A DNA stretch of 64,000 nt from an uncultured Fodinibius sp. Lineage in GTDB: Bacteria; Bacteroidota; Rhodothermia; Balneolales; Balneolaceae. The first letter of the stretch is position 1; every line of letters begins with the position of its first letter. The translations under genes were made by a program, and so were the position numbers. The DNA lies in the NCBI GenBank assembly GCA_913056235.1, contig CAJXMW010000004.1:334364-398363 (forward strand), read 5' to 3'. This document shows positions 57,155-64,000 of this stretch, in pieces. The notes under the pieces were generated by a model, which searched no databases, was not told where the DNA came from, and saw nothing but the letters and a program-made list of their open reading frames with translations.

Positions 57155-58312
57155 ATGAAAAGAGCTCCTATGAAATTATTTCGTTGTTTACTCACAGTAT
57201 TAACGGCAATTATTACGTTAATGGGATGTCAGACCACCGAATCTGCGGAGGAGTATTACCTTTTTGTGGGGACTTACACCCAGGAATCCAGTGAGGGTAT
57301 TTATCTCTATAAATTTGATGCCGGAGATGGCAGTTTGGATTCTCTTGGGACAACCACCGGTGTCAAAAACCCGTCGTACCTGGCATTTTCGCCGGATCAT
57401 AAAAACGTTTATGCGGTAAATGAGATGGCCGATTCGGCACGGGCAACAGTAAGTGCGTTCTCATTCGATAAGAAAAACAATAGTCTCACATTTCTGAACA
57501 AGCAGTCTTCGGGCGGCGGAGCGCCCTGCTATATTTCGGTGGATAAGACTGGTCAATACGCCTTTGTAGGTAATTACGTGGGCGGCTCATTGTCGGTGTT
57601 GCCCATCAACAGTGATGGATCGCTGGCCCCGTCACAGCAGACGATTCAGCATCAAGGCAGCAGTGTTAACAAGAAACGCCAGCAACAGCCGCACGTTCAT
57701 TGTACGTTGCCTACGCCCGATAACGACGCTCTGGTAGTTACTGATCTAGGAACTGACTATGTGAAGCGATATTCCTTTGACGCAAATAGCGGTCGTTTAA
57801 ATCCCGACCCTGTTTCCACATATAAGGCCAAGGCGGGGGCTGGTCCGCGACATATAACGTTTGGTCCCAGCGCCGATTATGCCTATCTGATCGAAGAGAT
57901 GAGCGGTTCTGTTGTGGCTTTTAAAAACCAAGCGGACACCCTTAAGCCGATTCAAAGAACTTCCGCACTTCCCAAAGACTACGGAGACGCTATTTCGGGA
58001 GCTGATATCCATGTTTCATCCGACGGCAAGTATTTATACGCCTCGATGCGTGAGGATCTCAACCAGATTGTCATCTTTGAAATTGATCAAGAGAATGGAA
58101 AGCTGTCGCTTGCGGGACGCCAACCCACAGGTGGCGAGCACCCGCGGAACTTTATGGTCGATCCCACCGGGGGATATTTACTTGCTGCGAATCGTGATAC
58201 GGATAATGTGGTGGTTTTTGAACGTGATCAGTCGACGGGTAAATTAACCGCTACAGGCACGGAGTTAAACATTTCCATGCCGGTTTGCCTGAAGATGATG
58301 CCGATGGAGTAA
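57155..58312 (+). CDS. pgl: 6-phosphogluconolactonase-like beta-propeller lactonase (lipoprotein)
   Basis: 'LFVGTYT', 'NPSYLA', 'GGAPCY', 'GNYVGGS', 'PHVH', 'DLGTD', 'GPRHI' and 'PRNF'. Confidence 0.85.
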   Translation: MKRAPMKLFRCLLTVLTAIITLMGCQTTESAEEYYLFVGTYTQESSEGIYLYKFDAGDGSLDSLGTTTGVKNPSYLAFSPDHKNVYAVNEMADSARATVSAFSFDKKNNSLTFLNKQSSGGGAPCYISVDKTGQYAFVGNYVGGSLSVLPINSDGSLAPSQQTIQHQGSSVNKKRQQQPHVHCTLPTPDNDALVVTDLGTDYVKRYSFDANSGRLNPDPVSTYKAKAGAGPRHITFGPSADYAYLIEEMSGSVVAFKNQADTLKPIQRTSALPKDYGDAISGADIHVSSDGKYLYASMREDLNQIVIFEIDQENGKLSLAGRQPTGGEHPRNFMVDPTGGYLLAANRDTDNVVVFERDQSTGKLTATGTELNISMPVCLKMMPME

Positions 58313-58365
58313 AGGTAGGGTGGGAGCGTCCCAAGCAGAGCTTAGGACGCAGATGATTAGAATGC

Positions 58366-59775
58366 CTATTTCCGCAGTCGTAGCTTGGCAACCGTTTCGA
58401 TGTGATAGGTTTGCGGAAACATATCCACGGGCTGAATTTCAAGGATATCGTACACCTCGTTAAGTTCTTTGAGATCACGTGCCATGGTAGAGCTGTTACA
58501 GCTTATGTAGACCAGTTTTGGAACTTTTAGCTCTTTAAGCCGCTCTACCACTTCTGGGTGCATGCCTGAGCGCGGTGGATCGGTGATCAGGCAATCGGGA
58601 AATCCATGATCATCGGTAATCTCCTCGGTAAACACATCCTTCATATCGCCCTCGACGAAGGCTACATTCCCGACCTCGTTTTCCTCAGCATTCTTGCGGG
58701 CATTCTTAATAGATACATCTTCTAACTCAATACCTACAACGCGTTTAGCTTCATTACTTAGAAAGAGGCTAAGAGTTCCTACGCCACAGTACAGATCATA
58801 AACAACATCATCTTGCTGAATACCAGCATACTCTTTAGCTACTTCATACAGTCGTTCAGCCTGACGCGTGTTCGTCTGGAAAAAGGCATTGGCATCTATA
58901 TTGAAATGGTAGGGACCAATCTTGTCTGTGATATAGCCCGGACCGTAGATAATCTTTTTATATCGCCCTTCGGCGGTTGGCCGCCGGGTGTCATTCACAT
59001 TGTTGATAATTGTGGTGATCTGAGGAAACTCATCCAAGAGGGCATCTGCCATATTTTTGATAATCTCCTGATCGTCCTGATAAGTCACAATATTGACCAT
59101 CAGATCATCGGTATGATAGGCTTTACGAATCACCAGGTTGCGCATAAAGCCCTCGTGGTCAATGCGATTGAAGGGCGGGATGTCGCGTTCTTTACACCAA
59201 CTACGTACAAAATCCAGGATTTGGTAGGATACGGGATCCTGCAGGTGGCATTCGCTGATATTCAGAATCTTGTCGAAACGGCCGGGAGCATGTAATCCAG
59301 CGGCAAAACAGCGATCGCTTACAAATTCATCGCGCTCGATCTCTTCACGGCTCAGCCAGCGTTTGTGACCCATGGAGTATTCCATCTTGTTTCGATAATA
59401 AAAGGTATCCTCGCAGCCCAGCGTCTCATTTACTTCCAGGTGCGTCAAATCACCAATACGGTGCATGTGATCTTGCACCTGCTCCTGCTTGAACTCCAAC
59501 TGGTGCTTGTAGGAGACATGCTGCCAGTTGCAGCCGCCACAATGCTGTGCGTGCTGGCATTTGGGTTCAATTCGCTCAGGGCCCTCCTCTATCACTTCTA
59601 ACAGCTTGCCTTCGAGGTAGCTCTTTTTCTTTTTGATGATGCGGGTCTTGACCTTATCGCCCGGTGCCGTATTGGGTACAAACACGACCTGACCGTCTAA
59701 TTTGCCAATACCTTTGCCTTCATATGCTGCTGAATCAATGTCGAGCTCAATTTCAGCTCCTTTCTTTACTGCCAT
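58366..59775 (-). CDS. rlmD: 23S rRNA (uracil-1939-C5)-methyltransferase
   Basis: TRAM domain; 'CGGCNWQH', 'YYRNKMEY', 'AFFQTN', 'DLYCGVGT', 'DPPRSG', 'YISCN' and 'DMFPQTYHIE'. Confidence 0.95.
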   Translation of the reverse strand: MAVKKGAEIELDIDSAAYEGKGIGKLDGQVVFVPNTAPGDKVKTRIIKKKKSYLEGKLLEVIEEGPERIEPKCQHAQHCGGCNWQHVSYKHQLEFKQEQVQDHMHRIGDLTHLEVNETLGCEDTFYYRNKMEYSMGHKRWLSREEIERDEFVSDRCFAAGLHAPGRFDKILNISECHLQDPVSYQILDFVRSWCKERDIPPFNRIDHEGFMRNLVIRKAYHTDDLMVNIVTYQDDQEIIKNMADALLDEFPQITTIINNVNDTRRPTAEGRYKKIIYGPGYITDKIGPYHFNIDANAFFQTNTRQAERLYEVAKEYAGIQQDDVVYDLYCGVGTLSLFLSNEAKRVVGIELEDVSIKNARKNAEENEVGNVAFVEGDMKDVFTEEITDDHGFPDCLITDPPRSGMHPEVVERLKELKVPKLVYISCNSSTMARDLKELNEVYDILEIQPVDMFPQTYHIETVAKLRLRK

Positions 59776-59787
59776 ATTGTGATCTTT

Positions 59788-60333
59788 TTATGCGTCTTCT
59801 TCTCGTGGTGATAGGTAGGTTTCGAATTGCAGAGAAAATGCCCGCTCGGCCGAGCTCACTTTTTTGAGCTCTTTAGTGACGATCTCGAGTTGTTTCATCG
59901 CAATCATTGCCAGTGTTTCCATAAACTTAACGGCGATAGTAGGATGACGTTTCTTAAGCGTTTCAAAATCTGGCTTAAAGAAGCCCATCAGTGTACAGTC
60001 TGTCATACATTTGGCACTGGATATGCGCCGCAGTTCATAGCCGATGGAGAGGGCTCCAAAACTTTCGGGAGCTTCAATCATATAGCTCTGGGTATCGCTT
60101 TCAGAACCAGGTTCCGGCTCTACGATAAGTTCCACCTTGCCTTTTTCAACAAAATACATGCCCGTGCCGGGATCACCCTGATAGTATATATGCTCATTTT
60201 CTTTGTACTGTCTGCGGTGGCAATATTGTAGAAACTCCGACCGCTCGAGCGTGGTCAGATTCTGTAGGAACCGGGAATTGAAAATAAGATCCGCTTTGTT
60301 TTTGGCTTTTTCTATCCTATTGGAACCAAACAT
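59788..60333 (-). CDS. Cyclic nucleotide-binding domain protein
   Basis: 'IYYQGDPGTGMYFVEKGKV', 'ESFGALS' and 'RRISSAKC'; no HTH evident. Confidence 0.8.
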   Translation of the reverse strand: MFGSNRIEKAKNKADLIFNSRFLQNLTTLERSEFLQYCHRRQYKENEHIYYQGDPGTGMYFVEKGKVELIVEPEPGSESDTQSYMIEAPESFGALSIGYELRRISSAKCMTDCTLMGFFKPDFETLKKRHPTIAVKFMETLAMIAMKQLEIVTKELKKVSSAERAFSLQFETYLSPREEDA

Positions 60334-60406
60334 GAGTGGTGGTTTAATTACAAGTAGCGATATGCAGCTTCGCAATTTAACATTATTATATCAACTTTTC
60401 GTATTG

Positions 60407-62872
60407 CTAAAATGAGTGGCCGATACCAAAGGTAAAATAAGGCGTGTTATCTTTAAACCAACCATCTTGCAAGTCGTGAATGCGCAAGGCAAAGTCGAAA
60501 CGGGCTACCACATATTCCCAGTCCAGGCGTAGCCCAATACCCGAGCTTACTGCAATCTGTTTGTAGAATTCATCGAACTGGAATTTACCCAATTCGAGTT
60601 GTTTTTTCCGCTGGCTTTGCGTTTGAGAGCCTGAGCCAGAGGAGGGGAATTCGGTCCGTGGCCCGTACCAGATGTTACCCGCATCAGTAAACCAAGCGCC
60701 AATCCAGTTGGCTGACAGGAAATCTTTGATCAGGCTCTGGCGGACCTCGGTCTGCGCCAGAAGCTTGATTTCGCCGCCGTTAATGGTCACATCATCCAGC
60801 GGAATGGCTCCGGGTCCCAGGCTGTAGATATCCCATCCACGAATGTCGTTGGCTCCACCGGCGTAAAAGCGTTGGTTTAATGGGATGGATTTACTATTGC
60901 CATAAGGAAATGCCAGTCCCATGAATCCACGATAAGCAAATACGGCATTGTTGGAGATAGGAATATAGCGTCGATAATCGGCCGTACCTTTCACAAAACG
61001 GCTGTAAGCCAAACTGTTTTGACTGGTGGGAAAAACCGGCGGCAAGTTTCCTTCCAAGGTATCAGGAGTTACAATAAATCGATCGCTCAGGTAAGGGATA
61101 TTTCCACCAGAGGCAATAGAATATTCGCTGTAGTAGCCATAATTCCGTTTTATCAGGTCGGTCCGTTGACTACGGAAAGTGTAGCGTAGAATGGATGATA
61201 TCTGGGGTCGAAAGTCCTCCAGGATTCGCTGATATTCAAAGGAATTTTCGCCAAATTCTTCGCGAAGCGCGTTGCGGAACTGGGTAGTGGGATTGGTATC
61301 CAGGAGATCGAGTTCAATAAGATCCAGGTAACTGGAAAAACGCTTATTGTGCTGCACTTCGTAGCGGACGTTGAACCGAATGTCGGAGTTAATGTCAAAC
61401 AGCAGCTGATCAGAACGGGTGAAGGACAAGGAGTATCGCGTGCGGCTATTGGAGAAAAAGAGATTCTGGTCCAGTCCTCCAAAGGGAAAGATGAGCCGGG
61501 GCAGGGAGTATTCAATACGTGTTTCGAAACTCTGAAAAAACTGTCCATCGTAGGATCCTGCTGCGGAGTCGGGGGCAATTTCTTCAAATTTATCGGAGGT
61601 GACGTATTCGAAACTTCCATTAAGACTGATCTGTAGGTTTTCGGCCTTTCCAAACAGGTTATTATTGGTATAGGTGATACCTGCTCCAGATCCAAAGCCG
61701 TATCGTTCCATCCCGAAAAGGTTCAGGTTGACTGAATGTTTGGGTAATGTCTGCAACGAAAACATGGCCGGAATATCTTCCTTGGAATAGTCTGGCAGAG
61801 ACCCATCCTCACTGAGCCCAAACTGCCGCACGGTGAGCATTCCCAGGTTTTGAAATTCGTTGATTGTGCGGATATAAAGCGAGTTGTTAAAGGTTTGCCC
61901 CGGTTCAAAGAGGATTTGGTCGGTCAGCAGACTGAACTTTGTTTGGGCAGAGCGTTTTTTTTGCAGGAAAATAGACTTACCATTTACAGTAAAAGGTGGC
62001 CCGCTTAAAGTATCCCGCTGGTTGTATTGCAAGCTGTCGTCTTCTGGACCGCTTAAGCTGATAAACAGGTCTCCGAAGGTATATTTCTTACCTGTATCGA
62101 TGGTGAATAGGGCATCAAGCTGATATTTGTTAGTGGAATCTCGTTTCATTAGCACACTGATAGAATCGCGTTGTACAGCCGCATATCCATTGTTTTTGAG
62201 GAAGGTCAGTAGGCGGTTGCGTTCTTGATTGAGCTTATTCTCGGAGTATCGCTGATCCATCACATAGGTAGTGTCATTGATCCGCTTCCGTGTTAACGGG
62301 CTGTTATTTAAAAAACGGGGCACCTTGGTTGAATCCTGAAACTGTGGCAATCCAGCGTACTTTACCGTCTTGATTGAAAATGAGGGACCTTCATCAATCA
62401 AAAAAGAGACTTCTGCACGATTTTTTTTAAACTCGACGATATTGGTATCGACGGTTGCCTCCAGAAAACCCACCGTTTTGTAGTACTGTTTGATTCGTTC
62501 TATATCATTGGCTACGGTTGACCGGTTGAGCAGTGCAGGGGGTTCTCCAAATTTTTTGGTGAGCTGCCATATAAAGTACCAGGGAGTAAAGCGAGGAATA
62601 CCCAAAAATTCGCGATTCGTTTGGGTACGAATGAGCGTTTCAAGTGTGTTGTCTTTCACATTATCGTTGCCAACAAAGCGAATAATGCGAACTACTTTAT
62701 CCGTAGTATCTGTTTCAGCGCTATTTTGAGACATAGCTTGGTCTGGACAGGCGAAAAATAGTCCACTCCAGAGTGTTAACGCTGAAAAAAATAAGCCTAT
62801 CTTTATTTTCAAGAGGCAAGAGAACGGTTTACATGGTTCAAAAAAAACGGTTGCATGATCATTGCCATGCAA
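60407..62872 (-). CDS. BamA/TamA (Omp85) family outer membrane protein (start uncertain)
   Basis: POTRA-like 'IRFVGN'; barrel signatures 'NLFGKAE', 'RFYAGGANDIRGW', 'FTDAGNIW', 'GIGLR' and 'FGIGHSF'. Confidence 0.9.
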   Translation of the reverse strand: MHGNDHATVFFEPCKPFSCLLKIKIGLFFSALTLWSGLFFACPDQAMSQNSAETDTTDKVVRIIRFVGNDNVKDNTLETLIRTQTNREFLGIPRFTPWYFIWQLTKKFGEPPALLNRSTVANDIERIKQYYKTVGFLEATVDTNIVEFKKNRAEVSFLIDEGPSFSIKTVKYAGLPQFQDSTKVPRFLNNSPLTRKRINDTTYVMDQRYSENKLNQERNRLLTFLKNNGYAAVQRDSISVLMKRDSTNKYQLDALFTIDTGKKYTFGDLFISLSGPEDDSLQYNQRDTLSGPPFTVNGKSIFLQKKRSAQTKFSLLTDQILFEPGQTFNNSLYIRTINEFQNLGMLTVRQFGLSEDGSLPDYSKEDIPAMFSLQTLPKHSVNLNLFGMERYGFGSGAGITYTNNNLFGKAENLQISLNGSFEYVTSDKFEEIAPDSAAGSYDGQFFQSFETRIEYSLPRLIFPFGGLDQNLFFSNSRTRYSLSFTRSDQLLFDINSDIRFNVRYEVQHNKRFSSYLDLIELDLLDTNPTTQFRNALREEFGENSFEYQRILEDFRPQISSILRYTFRSQRTDLIKRNYGYYSEYSIASGGNIPYLSDRFIVTPDTLEGNLPPVFPTSQNSLAYSRFVKGTADYRRYIPISNNAVFAYRGFMGLAFPYGNSKSIPLNQRFYAGGANDIRGWDIYSLGPGAIPLDDVTINGGEIKLLAQTEVRQSLIKDFLSANWIGAWFTDAGNIWYGPRTEFPSSGSGSQTQSQRKKQLELGKFQFDEFYKQIAVSSGIGLRLDWEYVVARFDFALRIHDLQDGWFKDNTPYFTFGIGHSF

Positions 62873-62903
62873 CCGCTTGGAAAATTCTTATTGCGTTAGG
62901 AGA

Positions 62904-63158
62904 TTAAACGTCATCGTAATTAAAGCCTTCATCTTCCTCGTTGTGAAAGAAATCTTCTTTGCTGATGTAATCCGGCCAGATATCCTCAATGCCTTCATAA
63001 ACTACGTCTTCTCCTTCCTGGATTTCTTCAAGCTCATACAGGTTATCGAGCACCTGCTGGGGCACGCCAGTACGTTCTGCCCACTCAATTAGTTCTTCTC
63101 GGGTTGCAGGAAAAGGCGCATCATCCAATGCAGCCGCTAGTTCAACAGTCCAAATCAT
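62904..63158 (-). CDS. DUF2795-domain protein
   Basis: 'MIWTVELAAALDDAPFPATREELIEWAERTG...IEDIWPDY'. Confidence 0.8.
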   Translation of the reverse strand: MIWTVELAAALDDAPFPATREELIEWAERTGVPQQVLDNLYELEEIQEGEDVVYEGIEDIWPDYISKEDFFHNEEDEGFNYDDV

Positions 63159-63354
63159 AAAAAAGTACTTCAGGTTTTGGTTTTGAGTTCTACTAAAATT
63201 CTTAGCACGTTAATAAAAGGTTTAACACATTAAATTCAAGTCATTTTTTAAGGAAAATGCAATTATTTTTTCTATTGAATGACTCAAAGGTCTAAAAAAA
63301 AATCCTTATCTTTCGAATTCTATAATGCAAACTCAAAATAACCCGTAATATTAT

Positions 63355-63582
63355 ATGTTTAGTCCTGGCATCCCAGAAATTCTTATTATAGTCTTAGTTA
63401 TTCTTTTGTTTTTCGGGGCCAAACGTATTCCCGAACTAGCCAGAGGAATAGGCCAAGGTATTAAAGAATTCCGAAAAGCCTCTGATGAGATCAAAAAAGA
63501 AATTGAAGAGGGCGAAAAAGAAGGATTTGAAGGTCAAAGCGATAAAGAAACCGCCGAAAAGAAGAACAGCAAGACTAATTAA
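63355..63582 (+). CDS. tatA: Twin-arginine translocase TatA/TatE subunit
   Basis: 'GIPEILIIVLVILLFFGAKRIPELARGIGQGIKEFRKA'. Confidence 0.95.
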   Translation: MFSPGIPEILIIVLVILLFFGAKRIPELARGIGQGIKEFRKASDEIKKEIEEGEKEGFEGQSDKETAEKKNSKTN

Positions 63583-63600
63583 CAAAGCATATCTATCCCA

Positions 63601-64000
63601 TTGAGTTTTTCTAACTTTAGCCAGATTCAACAGGCTTTGGAATCTGGTGATATCACGCTACCTGAAATTGTACAGAACTACATCCAAAATATTGAAGAGC
63701 GCAACGATGAGATTAATGCCGTCGTCAGCTTAGATACTGAAGATGCCTTAGAACGTGCTCAACAGATCCAGCAACGTATTGATGATGGTTCAGCCGGCAA
63801 GCTGGCCGGTATGGTCATTGGCGTCAAAGATCTTATCTGCGAAAAGGACAAGCAGACCACCTGTGCATCCCATATTCTTGAAAATTTTGAAAGCGTCTAT
63901 GATGCAACGGTTGTTGAACGTCTTCGAGATGAAGATGCGATCCTTATGGGACGCTTGAACATGGATGAGTTTGCCATGGGCTCTTCTACAGAAAATACCA
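63601..64000 (+). CDS. gatA: Glutamyl/aspartyl-tRNA amidotransferase subunit A; 3' partial (not in ORF track)
   Basis: Hand translation from TTG 63601 gives '...KLAGMVIGVKDLIC...TTCASHILENF...DATVVERLRDEDAILMGRLNMDEFAMGSSTEN'. Confidence 0.92.
   Translation, partial: MSFSNFSQIQQALESGDITLPEIVQNYIQNIEERNDEINAVVSLDTEDALERAQQIQQRIDDGSAGKLAGMVIGVKDLICEKDKQTTCASHILENFESVYDATVVERLRDEDAILMGRLNMDEFAMGSSTENT

Overview
This is a 64 kb bacterial chromosome segment. Gene content (DUF2795, a T9SS C-terminal-domain remnant, BamA, acidic proteins) suggests a halophilic Balneolota/Rhodothermota-like organism; that taxonomy is inference from memory, not a search result. Left to right it holds: (1) a galactose locus (GH2 C-terminus, mutarotase-like protein, SSS symporter, galK, galT); (2) an intact-looking 8.7 kb phage-satellite-like element integrated at the 3' end of tRNA-Val(GAC), bounded by a 14-bp direct repeat (6043-6056 / 14751-14764) and encoding a tyrosine integrase, excisionase-like HTH, DUF3631 protein, ori-like repeats, BT4734/PriCT-2 primase, a cos-like sequence, a P27-type small terminase and an HK97-fold major capsid protein, but no portal, large terminase, protease or tail; (3) core genes nusB and ychF, tandem serine hydrolases, and a deoC operon with one intact and one truncated aldehyde dehydrogenase; (4) a partly decayed accessory region at about 24-47 kb with a FixL-like heme-PAS kinase and NarL-type regulator, seven intergenic copies of a 19-bp 7-5-7 palindrome (about TGTAGG-N7-CCTACA), a 2877-aa cyclic beta-1,2-glucan synthase, an atypical CheB (Ser->Cys nucleophile, Asp->Asn receiver), a P-type ATPase, a DbpA-RBD/IGHMBP2 helicase and several gene remnants; (5) housekeeping genes (nfo, crtI-like, rlmD, BamA-like, tatA, start of gatA). 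No CRISPR array or rRNA gene was seen. All calls are from reading the sequence; no searches were run.
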